DNA of 63,637 nt, the filler included, from an uncultured Methanosarcinales archaeon (lineage in GTDB: Archaea > Nanobdellota > Nanobdellia > Woesearchaeales > CAYSVS01), in assembly GCA_964434475.1 (NCBI GenBank). It is 4 parts of 4 records of this genome, joined end to end, with 100 filler letters (N's around TTAATTAATTAA, not from the genome) between each part and the next. Parts side by side here need not be neighbours in the genome. Positions count along the whole stretch, not along the records: positions 34,816 to 50,860 come from CAYSVS010000025.1; 3 more parts are not named here. One strand, written 5' to 3'. Made by a program: the position numbers and the translations under genes. The notes beneath the pieces were generated by a model. That model was not told the origin of the DNA. It saw only the letters and a program-made list of their open reading frames with translations, and ran no database searches. Below, one piece after another: positions 37,962-47,835 of the stretch (position 1 is the first letter of the stretch; each line of letters starts with the position of its first letter).

Positions 37962-38270
37962 ATGGAAAAAATACAATATTCAGGATTAGATCAAGTCGAC
38001 AAAAAAGAACGTATGCTGTTAGACAAACTTTCTGCAGAATACTATCCTAAGATACAAAGGATGCTGCACAATGAACTTAATCTGCACATAAATATAAAAA
38101 GATACAATAAGGAAGGTACACGCGAGAAATGGAGCATACATGTGCAGGCGAATGCACCGACAATAAAATTCACAAGCGACAAAGCATCTGATTGGGATTT
38201 TGCAAGAACATTGCATAAAGCGTTCAAGGATCTAGAAAATCAAATTAAAAAAAAGATGAAAATAGATTAG
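37962..38270 (+). CDS. Putative HPF/RaiA-like ribosome hibernation factor
   Basis: About 100 aa with an HPF-like beta-alpha-beta3-alpha pattern ending ASDWDFARTLHKAFKDLENQI. Confidence 0.55.
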   Translation: MEKIQYSGLDQVDKKERMLLDKLSAEYYPKIQRMLHNELNLHINIKRYNKEGTREKWSIHVQANAPTIKFTSDKASDWDFARTLHKAFKDLENQIKKKMKID

Positions 38271-38363
38271 AAATATATATTTTTGAATTAAAATAACAAA
38301 TCTGCCTAATTTTCAAAAACTACCAAAAAAAGAAGGATTTACAAAACTATAAGAAGCAAGAAA

Positions 38364-39137
38364 TCAAAAAAGATTCTTGAACCATTCAATAATAGCTGCG
38401 AAAAAATTATTACTTTCTTTCTTCTCTTTCTGTATTGGTTGAACATCTGATTCTTCTTTTTCCTCAACCTGCTTCTGTTCTTCTACTATTTGTTCTTTCT
38501 CAGCAATCTCTTGTTCAAATTCTTCCTGCTCCTCTTCATCTTCCTGTTCTTCAACTTCTATGCACTTTCCGTCTTTGCACTCATCACACTCAAAATACTC
38601 AGTCTTAACAAGTCCATCTTCACAATATTTCTCAAGCAAAACATTTCCTGTGCAGCTATCCCATAGTGTAACCTTTTCTCCAGTTTCATCATAACCAACA
38701 GCACTGCCTTTTATTGAATGATCCCTGCCATCACTGTCTTTACATTCAACACTCTTAAACAATAAGCTAAGGTCATTATATTTTATCTCATCGCTTGTCA
38801 TCGCAGGCATAAGATCATAACCTTTAGCTTTGACATATTTTCCTATCTCGCCTGCAAGTATAACATCAGTAGCAGGACAGCTTTCACCAACTATAACCGC
38901 AGCCTTTTTTTCATATAAGACAAGGACAACTCTATTATCAAGTTCTTCTTTATCCAGCTTATAATCTAACATTTGCAAATAATCATCAGAAGCGATAAAC
39001 CCCTCGTTCTTTAATCGTGATATTGCACCAGATATTACAGACTTATCCTCTGAACTAGCCCCTATTAAATAATGTGGCTGTGCAATCACAGAACTTACAG
39101 CAATAAGAAATATAAACAAAAATATTGCGTTCTTCAT
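38364..39137 (-). CDS. Secreted S-layer-like protein with Cys-rich CxDSDG module
   Basis: Signal peptide; VIVGESCPATDVILA; CKDSDG...DSC...LLEKYC; amphipathic C-terminus IIEWFKNLF. Confidence 0.65.
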   Translation of the reverse strand: MKNAIFLFIFLIAVSSVIAQPHYLIGASSEDKSVISGAISRLKNEGFIASDDYLQMLDYKLDKEELDNRVVLVLYEKKAAVIVGESCPATDVILAGEIGKYVKAKGYDLMPAMTSDEIKYNDLSLLFKSVECKDSDGRDHSIKGSAVGYDETGEKVTLWDSCTGNVLLEKYCEDGLVKTEYFECDECKDGKCIEVEEQEDEEEQEEFEQEIAEKEQIVEEQKQVEEKEESDVQPIQKEKKESNNFFAAIIEWFKNLF

Positions 39138-39466
39138 TGCTTAGCCTCATTTACCTGAAACTTAGTAGCGCATTCTTCACAACAAAATCTATAAACCTCT
39201 CCTTTGACTTCCTTCTCTACAACAGTCTCATTTTCGTCATCTAGTACCTTGCCGCATGCTGCACATTTTGTCTTCTTGCCTCCTCTTATCTCACCTTCCA
39301 TAAAACCTGCTTCTTCTGAAGACAGTTCACCCTCATCTTGAAGATGCTCAATACCTTCTTCAGTATAAACATCAGCTTCTTTTTCTCCTTTATCAAAATC
39401 AACTTCCTTTTTCTCTTCTTCAGAAAGACTTTCATCAGTTATCTTATCAGTTTCTTGCATTTTCAT
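39134..39466 (-). CDS. Acidic protein with TRASH/YHS-like metal-binding domain
   Basis: CAACG...YRFCCEEC. Confidence 0.7.
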   Translation of the reverse strand: MKMQETDKITDESLSEEEKKEVDFDKGEKEADVYTEEGIEHLQDEGELSSEEAGFMEGEIRGGKKTKCAACGKVLDDENETVVEKEVKGEVYRFCCEECATKFQVNEAKQ

Positions 39467-39598
39467 TTACCTCGTATTTTTTGTATATCAAAAACCCCAG
39501 GTATAAATAATTTGTGAAATTCAACCAAAAAAAATTAGTTACTAAGTTATAGCTAAAATCGAAACCTTTATATATACAATTTATATTTAAATATAGTT

Positions 39599-40186
39599 AT
39601 GGTAGAAGAGACAGTGTTTAGAGGCATTATAGATTTTTTCAATGAAATAGGAATATATGATGTTGTTCTTCCATTTATACTTGTTTTCACAATAATGTTC
39701 GCAATCTTTGAAAAGACAAGAATATTGGGCGAGGATGAGATTGAAGGAAAACCATATACTAAGAAAAATCTAAACTCTATGGTGGCTTTTGTTGTTGCTT
39801 TTCTTGTTGTTGCATCAAGCAGACTTGTAGCTACGATAAACGAAGCTATGGCTAACATCGTTGTTCTTGTATTGTTAGGAACAGGTTATCTTTTGCTTAT
39901 AGGCATATTTTTCAAAGAAGGAGAAGGTGTCTATCTTGAAGGTGGAGCAAGATATACAGCCATGGGCATAATGTTTATTGGCATAGTCTTAATATTTTTG
40001 CATGCAATAAGAACAGAAAATGGAGAATCATGGCTTGAATGGTTCTGGGCATATCTGATAAATAACTGGACAACAAACCTGGCAGGTTCGATAATCCTCG
40101 TCATAGTTTTGATAATGTTCATGCTCTATATCATAAAAGGCGAAGGCACAAGTGCAAAACCTTCAAATAAAAATAAAGAAGAATAA
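39599..40186 (+). CDS. Membrane protein, paralog 1 of a triplet
   Basis: LPFILVFTIMFAIFEKTRILGE...KNLNSMVA. Confidence 0.8.
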   Translation: MVEETVFRGIIDFFNEIGIYDVVLPFILVFTIMFAIFEKTRILGEDEIEGKPYTKKNLNSMVAFVVAFLVVASSRLVATINEAMANIVVLVLLGTGYLLLIGIFFKEGEGVYLEGGARYTAMGIMFIGIVLIFLHAIRTENGESWLEWFWAYLINNWTTNLAGSIILVIVLIMFMLYIIKGEGTSAKPSNKNKEE

Positions 40187-40194
40187 GAGGTGTA

Positions 40195-40779
40195 ATGATG
40201 GCAACCTATCAAGATTTAATATACACATTGGAAAGTTATGGATTTACTGACATATTACTGCCGTTCTTATTAATATTCACTATACTTTTTGCAATACTCC
40301 AAAAAACACAAATATTAGGGGAAGGTAAAAAAAACTTTAACGTGATAGTATCATTAGTAATTTCTTTACTTGTTGTTATTCCACATGCTACAGGAAATTA
40401 TCCGTCAGGATATGATGCTGTTGACATAATAAACACCGCACTTCCTAGTATTTCTATAATAGCAGTTGCAGTTATAGCTTTCCTTATAATTGCAGGAGTA
40501 TTAGGTGCAGAGACTGGTTGGATTGGAGCATCTTTATCAGGTTGGCTTTCTTTTGTAGCATTTATTTCAGTTATAGCTATATTCGGAAGCGCAGCAGGAT
40601 GGTATGGTGGATTTCACATTGAAAATTATATAGACAGCGATACTTTAAGTTTAATTGTAATAATATTAGTATTTGCAATGATAGTTAATTTCATAACAAG
40701 AGAACCTGGCAAATCACAAGGATTAAAAGAATTAGGATCAGGATTTGACAAGATTGGAAAATACTTTGTAGGTAAGTAA
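40195..40779 (+). CDS. Membrane protein, paralog 2 of a triplet
   Basis: LPFLLIFTILFAILQKTQILGEGKKNFNVIVS; GAGGTG RBS. Confidence 0.8.
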   Translation: MMATYQDLIYTLESYGFTDILLPFLLIFTILFAILQKTQILGEGKKNFNVIVSLVISLLVVIPHATGNYPSGYDAVDIINTALPSISIIAVAVIAFLIIAGVLGAETGWIGASLSGWLSFVAFISVIAIFGSAAGWYGGFHIENYIDSDTLSLIVIILVFAMIVNFITREPGKSQGLKELGSGFDKIGKYFVGK

Positions 40780-40781
40780 AA

Positions 40782-41339
40782 ATGGCAACTGTACTAGACG
40801 TAGGATTGATAGATTATTTCAGTATAATATTTCCTTTTTTGATGGGAACATTCATAGTCTATGCTATCCTTCAATATTCTGAATTCTTTGGCAAAGATAA
40901 CAAGAACATTAACTTAATAATAGCGCTTTGTGCGGGCATATTGCTTATGATTTCAGAAAAAGCACTATTGGTAATAAAATTCATAACACCTTGGTTTGTA
41001 CTTCTCTTTGTCTTCCTAATGCTTATGCTTATGATATTTAAACTTCTAGGAGCAAGCGACGAAGACATAAGAAAACAAGTAAGAGGTGAAGGAAGCTCTG
41101 ATAAGACTATTGTTTATTGGATAATTACAGTGTCTGTATTGATCTTAATAATAGGTCTAGGATCAGTATACGGCCAAACTTTGATGCCTTTCACAGGAGG
41201 AACTGATGCAACAACATCTGATTTTGAAGCTAATGCGTGGTCAGCATTCTTCCACCCAAAGGTAGTAGGATTGATATTCATATCATTAGTTGCAGCATTC
41301 TCAATTAAACTTCTTGCAGGAGAGAGCGTAAGACAATAA
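40782..41339 (+). CDS. Membrane protein, paralog 3 of a triplet
   Basis: FPFLMGTFIVYAILQYSEFFGKDNKNINLIIA. Confidence 0.8.
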   Translation: MATVLDVGLIDYFSIIFPFLMGTFIVYAILQYSEFFGKDNKNINLIIALCAGILLMISEKALLVIKFITPWFVLLFVFLMLMLMIFKLLGASDEDIRKQVRGEGSSDKTIVYWIITVSVLILIIGLGSVYGQTLMPFTGGTDATTSDFEANAWSAFFHPKVVGLIFISLVAAFSIKLLAGESVRQ

Positions 41340-41477
41340 AACAAAGTATTATTCTTAACTTTATTTGTTCTTACATAATCACTACTTCTTGTTCCAACAA
41401 ATGTAAAATCAAAATAGAATCACCATTCACTGATAAAGAAAAAGACGATACTAAAAATCAATAAAAATTCCTAAAAT

Positions 41478-41605
41478 CCAACTACCCGTCGTAGCAAGCT
41501 ACGAGATATACGCTAGATTTTTTGCTACGGAATCAAAATTTTTAAGATTACAAACTGAAAACCATTGCAAAGCAAAGAGGTATAAAACCCTGTTTGTAAT
41601 TAAAC
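41478..41605. other. Structured intergenic element (possible IS200/IS605-type end remnant or ncRNA)
   Basis: Hairpin TCGTAGC-AA-GCTACGA (41489-41504); stem ATTACAAAC/GTTTGTAAT (41547-41555/41592-41600). Confidence 0.35.
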
Positions 41606-41884
41606 AAAGAAAATAACTATAAAAACAAAACATATAAAAAATAAACCTTCAAATAAAAAAATCTTTTTATATCCTTTTGAATTAAGCTACAATCCTAAAG
41701 ATATTAAAGATAAAATAATCTCAATTTTCTAAAAATAGATAAATAAACCAATATATCATTTGTTCCTTAAAAGCAATATTAAAAAGCTTATCAAAAGAAA
41801 TACTTTTTTGATTAATTTAACCTTAAACCAATATTATTTACAATTAATTTAATAAAATAGAATAAAAAATATATTACTTTGCTT

Positions 41885-42577
41885 TTACTTCTTTTCTTTC
41901 ATCCCTTTAGTTATCCGAGATAATTCATTGACATTCTCTGTCAATGTAGGAAGTATCTTCTGGAAAACCTTTTCCAAAGCTTTTATCTCTGTGCCAACAT
42001 TAGACAAGCTTTCATCATATTCACCAATCTTACCCACAATACCTTTATGCAGATTATCAAAATTATCCTTAAGATCAGTAAACTTTTGTTCAAGTTGAGA
42101 AATCTTAGTTTCTGTAGATTCCTTCCATTCTACAACAGATTTTATATCTTTTACCAGTTCTTCCCACTTCTCCTCAATAATAGTTTCTGCAACCTCTTGT
42201 ATTAGCTCTCTATCCGGCCCTCCAACATTTCTTTGTTGAGGCGCAAAACTAGGAGGAGCTTCAGCAGGAGTTTCAGTTGCTCGATTAACCTCTTCTGAAA
42301 CACCAGATTCCTGTTGTTGTGGCTGCATAGGATTTTCGGGAGAAGACATATTTTCTACTTGTCCAGGCTGCATAGGCGCTACACTACCTTTGATATCAGC
42401 CTGGTTCATAGCATCAAAAATATCGTGACTTTTGTAACCTTCTCTCTGTAAAGTCTGTACAATCTGATTATTAGAATATCCTTGATTTCTCATCTTGAGA
42501 ACCATATCTGTAGGTGGTCCACTTGGTGATGGAGTTGGCTCCGCTTTTTTTTCCTCACTTTTACCGAATAATGCCAT
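41885..42577 (-). CDS. Coiled-coil protein adjacent to the secretion ATPase
   Basis: N-terminal helical motif (RNQGYSNNQI), Pro/Gln linker and long coiled coil; GAGGT RBS. Confidence 0.8.
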   Translation of the reverse strand: MALFGKSEEKKAEPTPSPSGPPTDMVLKMRNQGYSNNQIVQTLQREGYKSHDIFDAMNQADIKGSVAPMQPGQVENMSSPENPMQPQQQESGVSEEVNRATETPAEAPPSFAPQQRNVGGPDRELIQEVAETIIEEKWEELVKDIKSVVEWKESTETKISQLEQKFTDLKDNFDNLHKGIVGKIGEYDESLSNVGTEIKALEKVFQKILPTLTENVNELSRITKGMKEKK

Positions 42578-42616
42578 AATTTTACCTCTTTTAACAATAT
42601 CTGTTAAAATTCTTAT

Positions 42617-43081
42617 TTAAACCTTTTGATTTTCTAACATCCGCTTAACTATAGATTCAACATCCTTCTCTGTAACATATTTTATAGGCTCCCACAGATT
42701 AATATATCTTTGTAAAATACCAACATCCTCTTTTTTAGCAGTAAGCTTCAACTCTTTTATTATAATATCCATAGTATTCTTTACTTTCTCCAAATCCTTC
42801 TTAATAGTTAAAATATCATCATTAACCGTCCTTATCTCTGTATTGAACTTCTTGGTAGAAGATATCATATTCTGATCACTGACCTGTATTCTCCTCGACA
42901 GATTATTGAATCTTTCTTCAACTACTCTTATCCTTCTTGTAACCCCGTTTACAGAATTAGTCAGATTACCTACACTTTCTTTTAGTTCTTTAGTCACATC
43001 TTTTTTGGGACCAAAAAAACCTTGTTTCTTTTCCTGCTGCTCAGCATCTTTCTTTTTTGTACCAAAACTTAGTTCTACCAT
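42617..43081 (-). CDS. Coiled-coil protein
   Basis: Heptad pattern ending YINLWEPIKYVT. Confidence 0.8.
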   Translation of the reverse strand: MVELSFGTKKKDAEQQEKKQGFFGPKKDVTKELKESVGNLTNSVNGVTRRIRVVEERFNNLSRRIQVSDQNMISSTKKFNTEIRTVNDDILTIKKDLEKVKNTMDIIIKELKLTAKKEDVGILQRYINLWEPIKYVTEKDVESIVKRMLENQKV

Positions 43082-43239
43082 TTTTTTATCCTTGTTTAAT
43101 CCTTTATTATTAATATATTTATGATCTTTTCCAAAATTTATTCATATTATAGCAATCTTTATATATTAATTTATTTATTATTTAAACTATATTAATTAAA
43201 TTTATGTGAGCATTAACCAGTAAGAAAAGAGGTGTATTA

Positions 43240-45522
43240 ATGGCAGAGTGTTTCAGTTATGATATAATTAGAGAAGGAGAAGATACGATTTTAAGAATAG
43301 ACTGTGAATCCTGCACTTTTGTCCCTTCTCTCGAAGATAATACTATGACTATGTCTAAAACCATAGATATAATCACGGAAATGACCAATGTATCAAAGAT
43401 AGTCTATATACAAAAAAGAGATTATGAATATGATTATTATCAAACCCAACTTCTTGTCGAGATAGCATCGCTTTATAAAAAACTGTTGAAACAAAGATCC
43501 ATGTTCAGTTTTGACGCCCTATCTGCAGATCCTAACTGCAAAACTTTTGCAGCCACATGGCACGCAGAAATACAGAACACGATAATAAAGATGCTGAAAA
43601 GCGATCCTTTAGGCGCATACGTAGAATTAAAAAGAGCAGAGAGAAGAGAAAGAATACATCTTGATACCTTAAAAGACAAAAAATTTGAGCAATGCATAAA
43701 AAAATACATCCAACTGATAAATTATTTCCTAACTCTACTGGATAAAACAAAACTTATCACTATATCTAAACCATATTTACCAGGATATAAAGTAGGAGAC
43801 AGGACAATATACAGAAAAGTTTTCCAACCTACAATCAAACCAGATTTTATGTTTACTAAATTGATGGCAGCATATCCTAGCGATGGCCAAGAAATAGACA
43901 GCTACGAACTTGCTGAAAATACAGAAGTTACAATATTCAAATTTCCTGATTCTGTAAGATATCTATATCACATGATGCCGCCTGAGTTTAAGCTAGAGGA
44001 AGAAGAATATGAAATTCTAGACCTTGCAAGAAAAATCATGTCAGAACATAAACCCAAAAAATCTGAATTCGTAAATCCTGAAAGGATGAGAGACGTATTC
44101 TTTAACATAGGCAAAGATCTTATAGAGGAATTAGCAAACTATAGACATTACCATATAATAGATTCTGAGATTGAAAAATTAGCCAATATTTTAGTAAGAT
44201 ACACAGTAGGATTTGGTCTTATAGAAGTACTATTATCAGATGAAAAGATACAAGACATATCTGTCAACTCACCATACGGACAAACACCAATTTTCATAGT
44301 CCATGGAAGCTATGATGACTGTTATACCAACATAATACCTACAAGAGCAGAAGCAGAAAGCTGGGCATCAAAATTAAGGCTAATGTCAGGAAGACCACTG
44401 GATGAAGCCAACCAAATATTAGATACAGAGATAGAACTTCCTGTCGCAAGCTCAAGAGTAAGCGTTATTACAGAACCATTAGATCCTACAGGATTAGCAT
44501 TCTCCTTCAGACGCCATAGAGACAAACCATGGACCCTGCCTTTATTCATACAGAATAAGATGATTTCTCCATTGGCAGCCGGATGTCTAAGTTTTTTGAT
44601 AGACGGAACAAGAACATTGCTCATAGCCGGAACAAGAAGCTCAGGTAAATCAAGCTTTTTAGGCTCCTTGCTTGTAGAAATCATGAGAAGATATAGAGTA
44701 TTGACCATAGAAGATACTTTAGAACTGCCTACCAATTCTTTAAGAAAATTAGGTTTCAACATACAACCCATGAAAGTTGCAAGTGCTTTAGCAAAAGGCA
44801 CATCAGAAATGCCTGCAAGCGACGGCATAAGAGCCACATTAAGATTAGGGGACAGTGCATTAATAGTAGGAGAGGTTAGAAGTAAAGAAGCCGTTGCATT
44901 ATATGAAGCTATGAGAGTCGGTGCTGCAGCAAACGTAGTTGCTGGCACTATACACTCAGATTCTCCATACGGAGTATATGACAGAGTAGTTAATGATATA
45001 GGCGTTCCTAAAACAAGCTTTAAAGCGACAGATGTAATTATAGTTGCAAATCCTGTAAAAAGTGCATCAGGAATGAAAAAACTGAGAAGGATAACACAAA
45101 TAACAGAGGTAAGAAAAACCTGGGAAAATGATCCTTTAGCAGAAGGAGGATTCAAAGATTTGTTCAAATACGATGCGAAATCAGACACATTAGAACCTAC
45201 CAAAGACCTTATCAACGGAGATATTGAAATTTTAAAGACAATTGCAGGAAACATCAAAGAGTTTGCAGGCAACTGGGATGCAGTATGGGAAAATATCCAA
45301 TTAAGAGCTAAAATCAAGAAGACACTAATTAAATACTCTGAAGAAAACAAAGATCCTGAACTTCTTGAAGCTGAATTCGTGATAAAATGCAATGATACTT
45401 ATCATAACTTATGCGAGAAAGTAAGTTCAGAGATAGGACATCTGGATTCTGACAGAATATTTTTCGAATGGGACGAATGGATCAAGAAAGAGATAAAGAA
45501 AAAGAAAATCAAGCATTACTAA
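43240..45522 (+). CDS. Type II/IV secretion or pilus ATPase (FlaI/TadA/VirB11 family) with N-terminal extension
   Basis: Walker A GTRSSGKS, Asp box TIEDTLEL, Walker B LIVGEVR and His box GTIH. Confidence 0.92.
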   Translation: MAECFSYDIIREGEDTILRIDCESCTFVPSLEDNTMTMSKTIDIITEMTNVSKIVYIQKRDYEYDYYQTQLLVEIASLYKKLLKQRSMFSFDALSADPNCKTFAATWHAEIQNTIIKMLKSDPLGAYVELKRAERRERIHLDTLKDKKFEQCIKKYIQLINYFLTLLDKTKLITISKPYLPGYKVGDRTIYRKVFQPTIKPDFMFTKLMAAYPSDGQEIDSYELAENTEVTIFKFPDSVRYLYHMMPPEFKLEEEEYEILDLARKIMSEHKPKKSEFVNPERMRDVFFNIGKDLIEELANYRHYHIIDSEIEKLANILVRYTVGFGLIEVLLSDEKIQDISVNSPYGQTPIFIVHGSYDDCYTNIIPTRAEAESWASKLRLMSGRPLDEANQILDTEIELPVASSRVSVITEPLDPTGLAFSFRRHRDKPWTLPLFIQNKMISPLAAGCLSFLIDGTRTLLIAGTRSSGKSSFLGSLLVEIMRRYRVLTIEDTLELPTNSLRKLGFNIQPMKVASALAKGTSEMPASDGIRATLRLGDSALIVGEVRSKEAVALYEAMRVGAAANVVAGTIHSDSPYGVYDRVVNDIGVPKTSFKATDVIIVANPVKSASGMKKLRRITQITEVRKTWENDPLAEGGFKDLFKYDAKSDTLEPTKDLINGDIEILKTIAGNIKEFAGNWDAVWENIQLRAKIKKTLIKYSEENKDPELLEAEFVIKCNDTYHNLCEKVSSEIGHLDSDRIFFEWDEWIKKEIKKKKIKHY

Positions 45523-45523
45523 G

Positions 45524-47752
45524 ATGGCAGAACAAGACGAAATAAAGAAATTAAGTGTAAAATTTAAGAAAAAAATAAAGAAAGAATTAGATTCAGATAC
45601 TACCCACATAGATACTAACACCGAAGAGCCAGATATAACAGAAGCACCAGTAACAAAAGAATATGCTGAATTCAAGAAGCAATACATGCCCAAACATATG
45701 ACCTGGTATGAAAAAGCATGCAACCATTCTGAAAAATTGCTGAATGTAAAACCAGGTCCTGTAGATAAAAAAAAATTAGAAGAAGCTATTAAATTTACGC
45801 ATCTCGACATAACTCCAACAGGAGCTATGTCTTTATCTATACTAGCTCCTCTTGCTCTTGCATTTATAGGAGCATTTTTAGGTTATCTTATACCTTTGCT
45901 TTTGACAGGAGAAAGCATTTTCTTTTTCATATTTTTCTTTCTGTTTGTTGCAATTATAATGATCAATCCTCTTAAACAAATTCCTATATTCATATCCAAC
46001 AACTGGAAACTTAAAGCAAGCAGTCAGATGGTATTATGTGTATTTTACATAGTAACCTATATGCGCCATACATCTAATCTAGAATTGGCTGTTGAATTCG
46101 CTAGTCAGCATCTTTCTGCTCCTTTAAACCTTGACTTAAGGAAAGTATTATGGGATGTTGAGACAGAAAAATATGAATCAATGCAAGAATCTCTAGAAAC
46201 ATATCTTCAAAGATGGAAAAAGACAAATCTAGAATTTGTCGAAGCTATGCACCTTATAGAAGGATCGTTGTTAGAAGGCGAGGAAACAAGAAGGTTAAGC
46301 ATGCTAGACAAATCATTAAGCGTTATGCTTGAAGAAACATATGAAAAGATGCTTCACTATGCTCAGAATTTACAACAACCTATAACCATGCTTAACATGC
46401 TTGGAATCATACTACCTATATTAGGATTAGTAATACTACCTTTGGTAGTAAGTTTTATGCAGGGTACAAAATGGTACCATATAGCAACAATGTATAACGT
46501 ATTTCTACCTATAGTCGTGTATTATCTAGGAAAAACTATACTTGCCTCAAGACCTTCAGGATATGGAGAGGTTGACATAAGCAATAATCCTGCATTAAAA
46601 AAAAGACAGAACAAAAAATTGTTTGGAATAGATATCAAACCATTGAACTATGCAATAATCATAGGAGTTATATTCTGTTTTATAGGACTAAGCCCTTTGA
46701 TGCTCCACATGATAAACCCTAATTGGGATATGATTATTACAAATGAGGGTAATTTTTTGTCAATAAATTCTATACCTTCAGAAGCACCAAAATATGCCTT
46801 TTTGGAATACAAATGTCCATCTGGAGAAACATGCGAAGCAAGTGAAGCATCAGGTCCTTTCGGACTAGGAGCTACATTATTAAGCATAGCCTTTACATTA
46901 GGTATAGGATGGGGACTTTCTTCATATTATAAAACAAAGTCTGCAAATGTCATGAAGATAAGGAACGAATCAAAAAAATTAGAAAAAGAGTTCGCTTCTG
47001 CACTATTCCAACTAGGAAACAGACTAGGAGATGGATTTCCTGCAGAGATGGCATTCGGAAAAGTTGCAGAGACTATGGAAGGCACTGTTTCAGGAGACTT
47101 TTTTGCATTAGTATCCAACAATATAAAAAGATTAGGCATGAGTGTAGAGCAAGCGATATTTGACCCGCATTCAGGAGCTTTGACAAAATATCCTTCTGAT
47201 CTTATCGAGAGTTCTATGAAAGTATTGACAGAAAGTGTCAAGAAAGGACCTAAGATAGCAGCACAAGCTTTAGTAAACATCTCCCAATACATCAAAGAGA
47301 TGCACAAAGTAAATGAAAGGCTTAAAGACCTTATGGCAGAAAACTTGTCTTCAATCAAAGGCCAGATAAAATTCTTAACACCTTCTATTGCAGGAATAGT
47401 GATAGGAATCACTTCAATGGTCACAACAATATTAGGAAAACTGACTACACAGATGACTACAATAGCATCAGAAAGTGGATCTGCAGGCGCAGGAATGGGA
47501 GGACTTATGGATATGTTCAAAACACCAAGCGTTCCTGCATATTATTTCCAGATTATAGTTGGATTATATGTTGTACAAATTGTCTATATACTTACAGTAT
47601 TAGCTAACGGAATCGAAAACGGTTCAGATAAGTTAGCTGAAAGATATGAGTTAGGAAAGAACCTATTCAGAAGTGTAGGATTGTATTGTGCTATTTCTTT
47701 TATTGTAATACTTATGTTCAATCTGGTTGCTTCTGCAATATTAAGAGGATAG
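45524..47752 (+). CDS. TadB/TadC/FlaJ-like membrane platform protein (two T2SSF-like halves)
   Basis: Multi-TM protein with two cytoplasmic domains (NLELAVEFAS; FASALFQLGNRLGDG); starts 1 nt after the ATPase. Confidence 0.75.
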   Translation: MAEQDEIKKLSVKFKKKIKKELDSDTTHIDTNTEEPDITEAPVTKEYAEFKKQYMPKHMTWYEKACNHSEKLLNVKPGPVDKKKLEEAIKFTHLDITPTGAMSLSILAPLALAFIGAFLGYLIPLLLTGESIFFFIFFFLFVAIIMINPLKQIPIFISNNWKLKASSQMVLCVFYIVTYMRHTSNLELAVEFASQHLSAPLNLDLRKVLWDVETEKYESMQESLETYLQRWKKTNLEFVEAMHLIEGSLLEGEETRRLSMLDKSLSVMLEETYEKMLHYAQNLQQPITMLNMLGIILPILGLVILPLVVSFMQGTKWYHIATMYNVFLPIVVYYLGKTILASRPSGYGEVDISNNPALKKRQNKKLFGIDIKPLNYAIIIGVIFCFIGLSPLMLHMINPNWDMIITNEGNFLSINSIPSEAPKYAFLEYKCPSGETCEASEASGPFGLGATLLSIAFTLGIGWGLSSYYKTKSANVMKIRNESKKLEKEFASALFQLGNRLGDGFPAEMAFGKVAETMEGTVSGDFFALVSNNIKRLGMSVEQAIFDPHSGALTKYPSDLIESSMKVLTESVKKGPKIAAQALVNISQYIKEMHKVNERLKDLMAENLSSIKGQIKFLTPSIAGIVIGITSMVTTILGKLTTQMTTIASESGSAGAGMGGLMDMFKTPSVPAYYFQIIVGLYVVQIVYILTVLANGIENGSDKLAERYELGKNLFRSVGLYCAISFIVILMFNLVASAILRG

Positions 47753-47835
47753 AAAAGACAAAGAGATCTATAATAAAATTAAGAAACAAATCTCCCTGTT
47801 CATACACCTATATAATTTTTCAACATACATAATTA

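Noticed and set aside
44322..45392. 356-aa antisense ORF and similar shadow ORFs (e.g. 46927-47520, 18877-19452, 60967-61647)
   Set aside because: They lie antisense to well-supported genes and have no recognisable motifs.
43240..47752. Archaellum operon
   Set aside because: No archaellin, FlaH, FlaF or FlaG genes are nearby.
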